Source of the DNA: Scyliorhinus canicula
Lineage: Eukaryota
NCBI RefSeq assembly: GCF_902713615.1
Contig: NC_052161.1
Location: 21,532,388-21,596,387 of the forward strand
DNA length: 64,000 nt
Direction of reading: 5' to 3'
A program made the translations under genes and the position numbers. The notes beneath the pieces were generated by a model. That model did not search any database. It saw only the letters and a program-made list of their open reading frames with translations, and had not been told where the DNA came from. Positions 37,341-51,643 of this stretch are shown one piece after another; within the stretch, counting starts at the first letter, position 1; each line of letters starts with the position of its first letter.

Positions 37341-38958
37341 AAGACCCCCAAACAATCAGTGGGAGATATAAGAGAAAATATGTCGGCTGAAGAACAGTCA
37401 TTGTCGGGGTTTTTAACTATCTCAATATGAACTAGGATAGTGTCAGTGTGAAAGGAACAGAAGAAACAGAATTCTTAAAGTGCATTCAGGGGAACAATTT
37501 TTGACCAGCGTGTAGCAAGTCCAACAAGGGAAGGTACATTTCTGGACTTAGTTTTAGGTAACAGAGTTGGGCAGCTGGAAGGTGTGGCAGTGGGGAGCAC
37601 TTTGGTGCTAGCGATCAAGATGCAGTTAATTTGAACATAATTATGGGAAAGGACAATAGTTCTTTCTATTGTTGAGGTTTGGGAGTGTTTTACGAAGTTA
37701 TGTTGAGGGGGCACAAGGGCAGAAGAAAAGTTCCATGGCTGAATGTAGCAGCAGATATTTCAATAAAAAATAGAGTTGTGGAGAGCAATGGGGCCTTTGA
37801 ACCTTTAGCCATGGGTTAATGGTACGCAGCGATAATGCTGCTGGGCTAGTAACAAAGTGGCCCAGGCTAATACTTTGGCAACATGGATTCAAATCCCACC
37901 CACCATGTCAACTGGTGGTATTTGAATTCAGTTAACAAATCTGGAATATAAAACTATCACTTATCTGGTTCACTGATGTCGCTCAGTGAAGGATATCTGC
38001 CAGCCTTACCCTACATGGCCTACATCTGACTCCAGAGGTTGACTCTTAACTGCCCGCTGGAATGACCCAGCAGGGCCAGTTCAAGGTCAATAGGGATGGG
38101 CAACAAACACTGGCCTTTCCATATTTCATGAAAGAGTTAAAAAAAAACTTCCTGTTTGCGACATTGCCCCCGTCACATGATGTCCCAGCTTAAGCCCCAG
38201 CTGGGTCCCTAAGCCCCTCCCTTTGCATCCTGCTGGCTAGCCAGTAATTGACAATGCTTGATTGGTCGAACTGAGATGGCAGAGGTGGCCTACTCTGTAT
38301 CCATTCCCCCGCCCTCCCGGAAGAAGATAAAACCAGCTCAATATCTTTGGTTCACTTTGTAACTGTATAGTATTGAACTGCTGAGATAGTCAAATGCCCA
38401 AATTCCACGTTAGCAATTGATGCTTGCGTGCATGCTGCCGTCTCCTGTCCCGACATTTTCACACGGATCGACGTACTTCAGAATGATTATGTCCCTTCAT
38501 CCCAGACCTGATAGGTCCTCCTAGTTGAACTGCAACATTTCAGATGGGGATGGAAGGGTGGGAAATGAGGGGTCCGAAAAAAACATGCTGGAAATGCTCA
38601 GTGGGTTTGTCAGCATTGCTGGAGAGAGAAATAGTTAATGTTTCAGGTCACTGACCTTACATTAGAACATTTTGAGGTGTAAGAGATTCTCAGCAAGTGC
38701 AGAGGCTGGGGAAGGCATGAGAAACCAAAGCGAACGGTCTGTGATAGGCTGGAAGGGAGGAGAGATTAAATAATGAAGAGAATGATGGTGCAAGGCAAAA
38801 GCGAATGGTAATGGGACAAGAAAAAACAGGTATAGAGGAGGTGTAAATGGCAATAGCAGAATCATTATAAAATGCTGCTCTCCAAAAAACAATGGGAGTA
38901 ATGCTTACAATTGGAACTTGTTGAACTCAGTGGAAAGCCTGGAAAGATGAGAAACAGC

Positions 38959-41900
38959 CGGGCCAAATATCCCAGGTGTGTGATTCGCCCGAATCAGGAA
39001 TCAGCTATTCACAGTTTACAAGCGGGAGCACCATTTAAACACTCCCCTCAGCACTCACTGACAGGCCAGCCAGCAAGATGCCAAAAAAAGAGCTGCACTG
39101 AGATTTCTGGATGCAGACCGTGATCGTTTGCTGGATGCACTGGGACAGAGGTGGGCTGCCCTATTTCCCAGGGTTGGCAGTGCCAGCAGCCTCACAGGAG
39201 GACTGGCATCCAATGTTGTAAGAAGATGAATGACCTCTTTTCAGCTGCAAGGGTGAGTACCCACCTGTCTCCTTCTGACACCATTCCTGTCACTCACCCC
39301 TGGCGGCTCACCATTAGCCCCCTATCTGCCACCTCACAGTCTCCCAACACCCGGCCGAGTGAGGGAACACAGGCGGAGTATTCCCAAGAAACGAGTCCTT
39401 ACCCCCTATGAACAAAGAGCGATGAAGATCACGAGTGAGGCCCCGGGGGAGCAATGACAGACAGCGAGGTTGGCCTGCGCCGGAGGAGAAGGATCCACTG
39501 CACCTTACCCCAGATGACCTGTCTAAACTGAGTCTTAATTTCCCACCCTGTTGTTCTTCCCCACCGTTGTCTCCATGCCCCTTGTCTTTAAGAATCACCA
39601 TTAGGTGAAGCTGAGCCTTCTGGAGTCATTCTCGTGCCCCCCCCCCCCCCCAACGCAACAGAGCACCCTGAGCCGAGCAGCAGGGTTGACACTGGTATTT
39701 CACCACAGCTATCACCTCCCCCCCCCCCCCCCCCCAACCAGCATAGAGACACACACCTCAGTGGGACATGTTAATGGACAGGCTTCTGGGCCACTATCCG
39801 GTCTGCACCGCACAACTGCTGATGCACATCAGGTGGAGGCAGGAACTTCCAAGGGAGTGGGCAGTCAGAGGTCTGCTGGATCACAGGACTCAGCTGAACC
39901 CTAGCCAGATGTCGGGCCTCTAGAAAAGGTTCTCCCAGCACTGCTGGAGATACGCATGCAGAGCTGGGATTTATAGGAGGGGGTGTTAATGACAGCAACT
40001 GCAAGGCCATCTAGAGGCATCTGGAAGCCATCCAGAGGAGGAGATAGAGCCAGCATTGCGTGACAACGAGGCCAACACTGCAAGGATGGTGTCTCCAGTG
40101 GAAAGCCTGGGACAGGTGCCCAAGCCATGACTGCCTAGGCCCAAGACTTGCCATGACTGAGTCCCACGCAGCACACCGCAAACATGTGCAGATGGTCAGA
40201 GCTGAGCCCCTTCAGAGCTTGGCCGGTCACAGAGGTCCATGGCATCGAGAGCATGGCCCACCTGCTGAGGGACATGATCCAGACAAAGAAGGGCATCGCT
40301 AAGTGGCTTCAAGGTTTTGCCCAGTCACAGAGGCCCATGGCTGAGGGCTTTGGCATCATGGTGCGGACGTCGGTTGGCCTCCAGGACTAGCAACACCAGA
40401 TGACTTTGAGGCTTCTGGAACTCACTCCAGCTGTCCCTCCATCCCATGGAGTAGCCAGTGGCCAGCAATCACCCAGAGAGGGGGGTCCACTGGGGCACTT
40501 CTCGGGGCCTTCCATCAAGGAGACCCTGACGTTCTCCAGCCCTTTTGAATCCCTACCTCTTGACATGGCGCATCGTCTGAGCAGCGGGCAGAACAGGTGA
40601 CCTATTACATCACAAAGTCAGCCGAGACCCTCCAGGTCCTGGCCCTCCAGAGAATGTCCGCTAAGGGCATCACAAGCCAGGGGCTGCAGAATGCAGCAGG
40701 CCGTCTCCATCTCTGATGTGCATTCTGGGGAGACACCTCGATGTAGCATGAGGCCAAGAAACATTAAGATGTTGGATCACCACTGAGTTGGCACGGGTGT
40801 AGTTACAGACTGCTATTCAGGAATTTAAGATAAGCACTGTAAATAATCCACATTAAATCAAATCCGACAAGCCTCTGACTTTCTCTACTTTCCCAGATGC
40901 CCTTTATCAATCCTTCGAACTTATGAACCTCCCACAGGCTCTCCAGATTCAGCCAGAAGTGAGAGCCCAGGAGACCACTAGAATCTGGCGTCCGGAAATG
41001 ACAGCAACAGCACTCCATGAGCCCCAGACTCACAGCCTTACCCCCGCGTAACTCTGGCCCTAAAGATTGTGACCATCACCCCGCACTCTGGCATGAGCCC
41101 CCGGGGGGAGTCAGTGGGCTGTCATTCGAAAGACAGGAGTCAGACTTAAGCAGAATCTAAGGATCACCACAGTTTTCCTCACAGCGGATCATCACCCTCC
41201 TGCCTTAAGAAGAGACTCGCTGACACTGCCAACCCAGGCCCATGGTGTGATGCCAAATAGACCCTTAGAACGGGGAGGGGGAGCATGTGTCATGAGCGGG
41301 AGGAAAAGGTTGTGGGAAGGGGGGAACAAGGGTAATGGAAAGCGGTGAAGAAGGGATCGGGCAATGCTAGGTTCAAGGGTAAAGAGGTGTTTTGAGCTGC
41401 CGGACACGAAGCCTCCTACCATGTAAATCTGGAGGCTATGAAAGCCTCCCTGGTCCTCTGGCCCTGTCGGACTCTGACCACCGCCGTCCTCCTCAACAGC
41501 TGTGACTCAGATTCTAACCCGCTGGACTGGCTCTATCCCAAAATTCATTATCAATCTGTGAGGAGGTGGGGAAGGAGAGAAATAGACAGTCAGCAAGGCC
41601 ATCCATCCCTGGACCCTCCAACTCCCCCAAATATCCTACTCCTCCTGAGCCTGAATGCTGACCAACCATCACCATTCACACTGCCCTGCACAGCCTTGAA
41701 TAGCTACTTGCCATAACACCTTGCGGACGTGGATACTGCCCCATGCACTCCCATAGGTGTCCATGACTGCTTGATCCCTCCCTGTACATCATCAGTAATG
41801 ATGTCCCTCTATTGATGTTGAGAAGGACATCCCTCCGAGGCCTCATGGTTCCTGGATTCAAAAGTGCAGTCTTAGTCAATTGTACAAGGCAGCAGCCCAC

Positions 41901-43703
41901 CCCTCACTATGCCTGGCCCGAGACCCTCAGGTCCTGCCTGTGACTGGTTCGTCCCCTGCCCCTTGCTTGGAAATTGAGGCAGCTGAGATAGATGAATGAT
42001 CAATGCTGATGGGCTTTGGAAAGAAGGTACATAATTGGCAGAAATGTGAGAGGGTACAGATGCTTCCAGAGGCAAGGATGGATGAACCGTGAATGCTCAG
42101 GCTTGAACATCACACCACCGTGAAGCGCTTTAAAAACAAACAAATCTAAATGTTCCATTGAAATAGCCTGGACCTGTCAATCAAGAGGCTTGTAAAAGGC
42201 AATGGACTGTGACGAGTAATAGAGTCTTAGAGTTTTCACAGCATGGAAAAAGGACCTTCGGCCCATTCTGTCCACACTGGCTATCAAGTAGTATTACTCA
42301 AATACTATTTTCCAGCATTTGGCCTGTTGTCTTTATTGCATTGCAGTTCAAGTGTTCTTCTGAATACGTCTTTAATGCTGTGGGAAGTTCGGCTCCACCA
42401 CCCTATAAGGCAGTAAGTTCCAAATTCCAACCACCTTCTGGGTGAAAAGGTTCCCCCCAAATACCCTCTGAGCCCCTATGTCCCCTGGTTATTGATCCCT
42501 CTACTAAGCTCCTTCCTATCAACCATATCGATGCCCATCATAATTATATGCACCTCAATCAGGTCCCCCCTCAGCCTTCTCTCCTCCCAGTAAAACAATC
42601 GCAGCCTATCCAGTCTATCTTGATGGCTGAAATGTTCCCGCTCAGGCAAAATCCTGGTGAATCTCCTCTGCACCCTATCTAGCGCAAGCATTTCCTTCCT
42701 ATAGTGCGGTGACCAGAACTGTGCACAGTACTCCAGCTGTGGCCTAGCCAGTTTTTTACACAGCTCCATCATAAATTCCATGCTCTTTCATTCTATGCCT
42801 TGCCTTCTTAACCACCTTATCTACCTGTCCTACTGTCTACAGGATCTATGGACATACACACCAAGGTCCCTCTGATCCTCTGTACTTCCTAATGTTCTAC
42901 CACTCATTGTATATTCCCTTGTCTTGTTGGTCCTTTCAAAATGCATCATCACCGTACACTTTTCAGGGTTTCAGGCTATGAAGACAAACAAAGCACAATC
43001 TCCTTAGAAATAGCCTGGACCTGTCAATCAAGAGATTTGTAAAAGGTAATGGACCATCAAATTGAATGTAAACAATGCAGTTCAAACTTTTAAGCTTCTC
43101 AGCATGAACCAACCGCTTGACAAAGTTAAAGAAAAATTAAATTTAACGTGAAAAAGTACGCCAAAGGTGTCCAGTACATCTAAGGGAAGACTTTTACCTT
43201 CATCTGACAGATCATTAATATTGACATACTGGGAGGGAGTTTAAAGGTTTTCAAGGCTTCAGAGGGAAGACTTTCCACACAACCCCATCCTGGGGAAAAA
43301 AAACAACCTGAGCCCCTCCAGGCCAGCTCCAGCACCCCGATCCCCACCTCACCTGAAGGACCCCCCATCAGCACCCTGGAGATAAGTATAGAGAAGGTGA
43401 TCACCCTCTTGCTCCCCCTCAGTGTTTATGGCGCCTGGCCACCACTCTCAAGGACTGATTTACGGCTGTGGGACCTCCAGGTGGGGGTGGGTACATCCTG
43501 GGAGGTCTCAGCATTCCACTTCCATCTCGTTAATGAGTTCTGATCAGGCTTCCGCCATTTCCGGGTGGGAACCTGACCTTGCGAGGGGGACTGGGCCAGG
43601 AGACTAGCGACAGATTGGTGACCGGCGAGAATGCCCTCATGCCCGATTCAACGGGCCAGCGGGAATCCCAGCTAGGGCTAACGGCCCTGGAGAATCGCGC
43701 ACC
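38959..43703. mobile_element. Degraded PIF/Harbinger element (Myb/SANT-like accessory ORF remnants), boundaries approximate
   Basis: QCCKKMNDL motif (39210-39240) resembles Harbinger-associated MSANTD proteins. Right TIR-like GGAGAATCGCGCACCC at about 43689-43704. Confidence 0.5.
42215..42975 (-). mobile_element. CR1 3' fragment
   Basis: ORF 42476..42781 contains RPQLEYCAQFWSPHYRK..RRLRGDLIE. Confidence 0.88.
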
Positions 43704-43709
43704 CCCTTC

Positions 43710-43742
<33 letters not shown>

Positions 43743-46700
43743 ACCCATATTATTTTCTTGTTCTGATGAAATTTAACTTTGGTTCTTTCTGCACAGATGC
43801 TGCCTGACTGACTGAGTTTTTCCAACATCTTCTGCTTTGAGTTCAGATCTGTGGCGTTTTGCTTTTGATCTGAAAGAAACAGTGGAATAAAGTATTAATT
43901 ATCTGATAGTGTGAGGGTAACAAGAGGTAGCCTTTAGCTCTGTGCTTAATATTGCAAGCTAAAACTTTTCAGTTCCAGTTAGTGACTGTAAAGACAACTT
44001 TTGGAGGAAAGATATAACTGGTTGTTCTGTTCAAAATGCTTAAAATTAAATTTAATTAATTAATTTTTAATTCATTTATGGGATGTGGGCGTCACTAGCT
44101 AGGCCAACATTCATTGTCCATCCCTTGTTGCCCTTCAGGTGGCGGTGATGAGCTGCCTTCTTGAACCTACTGCAGTCCTTGAGGTGTAGGTACACCCACA
44201 CCGCTGTTAGGGAGGGAGTTCCAGGGTTTTGAAAGAACGGTGATATATTTCCAAGTCAGGATGGTGAGCGGAGGGGAACCTCCAGGTTTACATGTGTCTG
44301 CTGCCCCTCTCCTTCTAGATGACATTGGTTGTGGGTGTGGAAGATGCTGTCGATGGAGCCTTGGTGAATTCCAACAGCGCATCTTGTAGATGATGCACAC
44401 GGTTGGCACTGTGCCTCGGTGGTGGAGGGAGTGAATGTTTGAGGAAAGGGGTGCCACGGATGTTGTTCTTTGAGTGTTGTTGGATCTACATTCATTTGGC
44501 TGCTTCCAGGCGGAGGATCCTTCAGGAAAGAGGATTTGTGTTTTCTTAACATATGTACAATTAGGAAACCACTTCAAGTACAGGCAGCTTCGACTTTACA
44601 GTGTTCGACTTGCAACAAACGGCACTTACAACATTTATAAACTGACACCCCATTGTGACCTTACAACCTCGGTTTTGACCTTGCATCTCCACACCAATAC
44701 ATTAATACGGCGCACTGAACCAATCACCCTATTTATACCATTGTGCCTGTGGGAAAATCGGTTCCGAATTACGACTTGCAGTGCAGTTTTCAGGAACCAA
44801 CAGTGTCCTAAGGCTGTGAATCTCCGGTATTCTTTTCCTTAGTCATAGTGCTAATTTCTAATTTACAAGGAAAATGGGAGGATCCCACATCCACCTGAAG
44901 AGAAAGGTGAAGGACTGCAAGGCGTGGAGGAATGAGCAGGGGCCTACCTGCAGGCAGATCATTATTACTCGGTCAGAATGACATTTCAGCCATCCGATGA
45001 ATTGCACTGCTGACTATTAGGTGCCCAATGGCTCCCTCTGCTGGACAGTTGCAGATTAGTTCTTTTTTGAACGAAATGCTGGAAACACACAACAGGTCAG
45101 TCAACATCTGAGAGAACCAATATGGACAACATTGTGGCGGAATTGTGAGCCCATGTTAGCCAGCAGCGAGAATGGAGTTGCGGGCAGAGAATACAGCGAG
45201 AATCGGGAAACGCGTTTCTCGCCGGTGAGATTGTGTTTTCCGATTTTCCCGACGCTTTACCGGTGGCATAACATGAAACCTGCCATGGAAGGTCAGGAAC
45301 TCCTTTGAAATGTGTTAGCATATCATTAGCGAGCCTTCCCACTGGGACTTCCACCCTTGCTGAATATTCACCGATCACCGGTACAACATCACGTCGGCAC
45401 GATTTACAATCAGCGATTCCCATGTCCTCCTTGCTGGGCCTGTGGCGATATCACCGCTGAGAGATTGCCCTTCCAGAGTGGCAGCTGGAAAGTGGGCGGG
45501 AGCAGGTATGTCCATAGGGTCAGCACTGGGAAGACTGCGAGGTTCTTGGCTGGCATCCCATGAGAGGCCAGGCTGCATGGGCAGAGTTGAGGACTCTGAG
45601 AAGGGGTACTTTCCAGCCTCGTGAGACCTGAAGACCCTCGCATAGCGTGGGAGGACGACTGTAGCAAGGATTAAACCTCCCACACTCAGGCAGCACTGTG
45701 AGCTTTATGGAAGATCAAGGCCACCAGTTATGGAGGCCTGGCTGTCGGGGATTAGTGTCTGGGTGGTTGGCTGTTCCTGTTGGAAGGCCTGTTTTGTCCA
45801 CAGCCCATGTGAGCTGGGAGAATGAGGGTGCCCTCGAAGCATGAAGTTGACATGCTAATTGTAGTCTTCACACTAATCAGGTCTGTCTCACCTGTCACAA
45901 GGGAAATCCAGTTGCCTGATCAGCTCCCTTCTTTGATTAGTCAATTTAATCAGCATTGTGAGTGGGCCACAGAAATCACATTTTAGTTTGTTATATTTAA
46001 GCTTTGTTTGAGATTTGCTTTTTGTTTAAGACAGTTTCCTTTTAAGGGCCTGTCTCTTTAATTTGTCCCTCTGTTTATTTGATTGACCTTAACTGGTTAT
46101 TTATGTTGATCAAAATAGTTGGAAGTGTAGCCCCCAAGCATTGACCTCCGAGGCTCATACTCCTGTCTACATAACAGAGAGGTGACACAGATGTGGCCTC
46201 CAATGGAATGCGAGTGTGAATGTGAAGTCTTACATTTGTTACCCCGTTCAAGGGCTGACGGGGGCAGCGTCTTGTTCCCCCATGAGGTTAGAACGCAGGT
46301 CCATTGAATGCACTCGACTGTCCTCACTCCTCACCCTTGGGGTGGACATGCAGCCTGCTGAGACTCTCAAAGTAGCTCTTCATTCAGGTGGAGTTGAGAG
46401 GGAGAACACTGTGTGGAAGTGGCTAATGTGTGACGGGGAGGGAGTGAGGCTCAGTGTGGAGGTGCTTGCAGAGGGTGCGTGGGTGGATATCCCAGATCCT
46501 GGGCCGGCTGAGGGTCAGGGAAATGTCAGAATCCCCATCGCTCACTTTGATGTTCCCTTCCTTTCAGTTTATGGATCTGGAGAATGATGGAGACAGTCGA
46601 GCTGGAAAATTTATTCATTACGATCGACCAGCAGCAGCCACACCGACGTGCCACTGCACATGGGCAGGAACAGTTGGAATAGGGGGAGACTGGGCCCAAT

Positions 46701-46749
46701 AATCTTCCTGGAACAGGACCATAGATGGCGGAATCCCGGTAGAGACACT

Positions 46750-47555
46750 ATCGGCCACAGGTATTCCGGTGTCGAACTTCCTGCCTCCAGAAATCAGAGC
46801 TCCAGTGCCGGAGGAGACTGGGTCTGACCCGGGGACGGTGAACCACCTGCGTCAGGTGATGCCAGACTTGGCACCACATGGACTGGGAGGTCACCCATTG
46901 CCTGTGGCCCTGAAAGGCACCGCCGCTCTGAAATTCTACACCATTGGCTCATTTCAGGGTGGCACAGGGGACCTGTGTGGGATCTCCCAGTCAGCAGCAC
47001 ACAACATGGGAGGTCACAGCTGGGCTATTTAGGAGGGCCCAATGTACATCAAATTGGACCAGGAGCAGGTGAGGCAGGAGGCCAGGGCAATGGGATTCAC
47101 CCACATAGCAGGCATGCCCCAGCTGCAGGGTATCATCGATTGCATTCCCCATGGCTGTATGGAGCCCCAATTTTGAAGCGCAAGAATACCACTCCCTCAG
47201 CATCCAACTCACCTGTGATCCCGTGTACATCATTCAGGAGTTTGCCCGTTTCCCAGGGTGGGCCCCTCGCAGATGCCAGCTGTTTGAGTGAGAGCTGCGG
47301 CTGGAGGCATGCCTTGTTGGCGACAATGGGCACTCCCTCACGAGGTGGCAGATGACGTCAGGCTGGTGGCCACAAACACTCACTGAGACTCGCTACAACG
47401 CGGCTCATGTATCAAAGCGCACGCTGGTCGAGCAGGCGATTGGACCGCTGAAGATGTGGTGCTGGTGCCTGGACCCGTCTGGGGGAGCCCTTTAAAACAG
47501 ACCCCAGAGGGTGTCCCACATCATTGTGGCCTGATGCGCTCTCCACAACGTGGCT
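46750..47555 (+). pseudogene. Harbinger (HARBI1-like DDE) transposase remnant
   Basis: HPLPVALK.TAALKFY..GSFQ...GDLCGISQSAAH, GMPQLQGIIDC, E.RYNAAH...R.LVEQAIG.LK and CALHN, with frameshifts and stops. Confidence 0.85.
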
Positions 47556-50500
47556 GCCCTTACGAAAAGTCACACACCCCTGAATATTTAGTTCCCAGCT
47601 TTGATTTCATTGGAACCACGGCTCTATAATAGCTATTATAGAGATCATACCCATTAACCCCAATTTGTGCCATTAATTAATGCTGAATACTATGTGCAGT
47701 TAAGTAAAGAGCCATTCATTTTGCTCTTTTACCTGGGTCTGAGGCCATGTTGCCAATGCTTATTGCTTGACTGTCTCAAAACGCAGCTACATCCAGACAG
47801 GAACATCTTTCCAAACTCCAGCCCCAATTGCATGATTAATGCAGAGACTGCATCTTGATACTGAGCCACAAGATGCCATCAGACATCAGGACGCAGTGAT
47901 CCGTTATATGACAGCATGCACACAAAGCGGCGAGTTATGCTCGCATTGTCCTCACAGAGAATGGTTCAGCCATAGGATTATTGGCAAACGCTCAGAACCC
48001 TTCATTTTTTGGAAATCAGGATAGTCACTAACTTTGCTGAACAAGTCTCATGGGGTTACATAATGTCTGACTGAGATGCAAGGGTTAAATGTGTTTTATC
48101 CAGCGATAATTTTCATACCGGAAATGCCTTTGTTCATGCCGCAGATGTGGAACTCGAGGCAATTCACTGTCATGAGGTTGAATGAGACTTAATTTAATGG
48201 ACATGATGAACAAGACTGGGGGCGGGTTTCATTCTTGATCCTTGAATGAACAAGGGACCTTGCATCACATCGATGAGCCATTGATGAACCTGTGACTTGG
48301 AGAGGGATAAATACAAACTATATTTACTATAGTACAGATTGTGTCCAGTTAATGAACAACCTTGTCACCATTGTGCATTCAAAGCTTCTTAATTTGCCTA
48401 ACTCTACTGTTATGTTGAAGTGCAGCCCTAACATCTGCAGCAGAGGTGGCAGCAGCTTGCTGACTGCTGTACCCTGAGTTGTCTGAATTGACTTTTGCAG
48501 GTTGTCTGAATTGACTTTTGCCTGCATGGCCCTGGCCTGTTAAGAGTTTCCTTCTCTGGGGCAGGTGCACCCTTCTTGACCTGACCTGCAGGAGTTGATG
48601 GCAGAGAGGATTTTGAGTGACAGGACACCCTTGGAGTATGCCCAAGGTTCCTGGCTGGCACTCCCCTTCCCATTGAGTGTCCAAGAGCCCTTACCTGACT
48701 CCTTGAGAGGAAGGGACATCTAGATAGAGGTTGAGGGGCCATGTCCTCCTCTTCTCCAGCCTCTGCTGGGATGCGAAGGTGGACAAGTCCTGATAGAGTC
48801 CAGTTTTATTCATTGTTTTACTCACATAGGGACTAGTTGAATGCATATAGCTAATAGGCTAAACATTAAAAGTGTCTTGACTTTGGGAATCCAGTCATTG
48901 TCTTATATAATGACTTAACCATTGTATTTGAGTGTATTCACCACTGATAATGTATTGTTCTCTGTCTAATCAACTAATCAGTTCTAGCAAGATCTCCACC
49001 ACGTTGTGTTACATGGCATGTGTGAGAAAACATATCCAGTAATTTTCCTAAGACTACGCATGCAGATGCTAAGCTAGTTTTGATAGGCACCAGTCAATCA
49101 TAAATAATGTCCAATGTTTGATTAACAAATCATCCTCTAAGTAATAGACATTCATTTTAACAAACTAGGAGGTCTCAGCTGAGAATGAGAAGCCAATGAA
49201 AGTAAATGAAGGATTAAACAAGAGATAAGAATTCCCTTAAAAGTAGAACTCGTGGCCGAGGTCTTTGATCCTGAATTCTGGAATCATCTATCTGTTTGTG
49301 TTAAAGCCAATTCCTGTTGTTCTTTATGCTTTTTGCCCAGTGCTTGATTTTTTTAATGTGTTGTTTGATATTTTGGTCCTAAGTATTTATTCAGTTCTTA
49401 TTCAAGTGTATTCAAGTAAGTAATTAACAACAATAAAGTCGTATTTTTGACAACTTCCACCAACCGGACTACCGATTCTTATTAGAAGATAAAATAAGAG
49501 TCTCACAGGTCCGAATGCAAATCCTCCAGAAACTATTGGAGCTGGATCCCCAAGCCGGTCACCACCTTTCCTATGGAGACTTCAATGCACTCGCATGCTG
49601 GAGCAACAGCATTGGACAAGTTCCTCAACTCTTCATTCCAGTCTGTCCTCCAAATATCCTGCTTCATGTTCCCCTGCCTGTGTTAATGTTTAAACATTTT
49701 TCTCTGCATCGTTAATACTGCCCTCAGGGCAGATAGCAGAGGCTTGTCATCGGACTTAGACTCAGCAGGGGCCTGGCCTCCAGCAGTCCTCGGGTGTCAG
49801 GGGCCGTGACTGCCTTTGCCTGCTGTGGGTATGCCTGAGTGAGTGAAACGCCAGATTGTGACCCTGAGCCTATCCTAGAACTAGGATCCACTGGGCGGTT
49901 AGATCCCGGGAGGACATTAGATAGGGCATCCATATTGTTAATAAGATGGAGGGTGGCCTCAATTGGTGATTATTGGTTTCTCGCCATGTTTGGGTGGGAT
50001 CTGGAACCCGCCAATGTGAGCAGGCTGGTTAGATCAATGCCCAGCACGGTTCCCAGTTTGGCGCGATCTAACCGGTCCGCATGGATCATCGAAACGCAAC
50101 TATGAAATTGCCACCAGAATTTGTATGGTTCTAAATATACTGAATGGGTGGCACAATGGCACAGTGGTTAGCACTACTGCCTCACCGCACCAGGGACCCA
50201 GGTTCAATTCCATCCTTAGGTGTAGAGTTAGGTGACTGTGTAGAGTTTGCACATTCTCCCCTTGTCTGTGTGGGTTTCCTCCGGGTGCTCCGACTTCGTC
50301 CCACAGTCCACATCTGCAGGTGAGGTGGTGTTACGGAGATGGATACATTTATCCACACCCCAGGGATCCTCCAAATTCAAAGCAATGTTCCTTTAGCCAG
50401 CTCTCTGCAAACAAGTAAATGGTCAAAATTGATGATGGCCCCACCTTTACGACCCCTTAACAACAACTTTAGCAGACATACTACCTCCATGTATTTGAAC

Positions 50501-50829
50501 CCAGGGTTTTAAAAACTTTATTGCAACAAATATAAAATATAATGCATAACAATTTCCTACTTTTATCAGATAATGCAAGGAATACTATCAGTAAGGACTT
50601 CAGTTCAATGTGTCACCCACACCTGCATGAATTCTGGCACTGATGCTATGAATGGTTTGTAGTTCCAAAATCCAAGATGTATTTTCAAGTTGCTTGGTAA
50701 AGACTTACAGATAAATATTAAGATAGGGTGTCTAAGGATTAAATCGTTTCCAGTTCTGATTGTCATTGACCTTGGCTGTATCTCTTTATTTTTGAAAATA
50801 TAACTTTTCAACTTTCAACTGACTGGAAA

Positions 50830-51643
50830 TGTTGCAAGTTTAAATGAGACAGATCAGACTACTTAAAATGCAAAGCCACCTTCCAAAGTGAAGGTGGATA
50901 GGCATAAAAGGCATCCCCTTGGGGAGTGTGAAGAGAGGGACATATCCTATAGTTAAAGAGCCATTGAAACATGTCACTGTGTGAGGAAGAGACATTAAAA
51001 TGCAGAATTATGGGTATTGAAACAATGCGTGCCACAGGCCGGCCCACCCAAAGCCCCTTGGTAATACACAATGGATGAGGTATAATAGGCCAGTCTGCAG
51101 CCAGAGAAGAGACTCAGGGAGAGTCGAGTACATTTTCAGCAGAGGAAACAAGCTGAACAGCCATACTCTCTCTCTTTTGGAACAAGTGTATTAACCAGCT
51201 CAGAGACAACTTTACTGGAAATCTACAAGTGAACCTCGTAATAATTGCAACATCCACACCCAATTGTATCCACAAAAACAGCTAATCCAAATCGACGACA
51301 CATTTTAGCACTCTGTGCCTAAAGGACAAGCGCACTTAACCACATATCCTTTTAACTTTTTTTATGTGACTCTAACTTCCCTTATTTCCGATACCTGTGT
51401 GTGTGACATCACATTTATATTATTATTTTTCTCGGGTTTAGTGGATGATATATCTGTTCCTTCTTTAACTCAAGTAAACCTTGTTTGATTTGCTCCTTGT
51501 TGCCCACTGCATAAATAGTCGAATATACTCTGACAAAAGGCATATGCTTGTGAAAAAGAAAATAAATCTTTGTTGTGACCAACCTTCAACCTTGGTTGTG
51601 AATAGAATGGAGCCAGTTCACTCCCCCTCACCGGGTCGAAGCA
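50830..51643 (+). mobile_element. Probable old solo LTR
   Basis: TG...CA bounded segment with AATAAA near the end. No TSD found. Confidence 0.35.

Noticed and set aside
48478-48521. Short 23-bp tandem duplication (also a 14-bp one at 4651-4678)
   Set aside because: Ordinary slippage duplications in decayed repeats.
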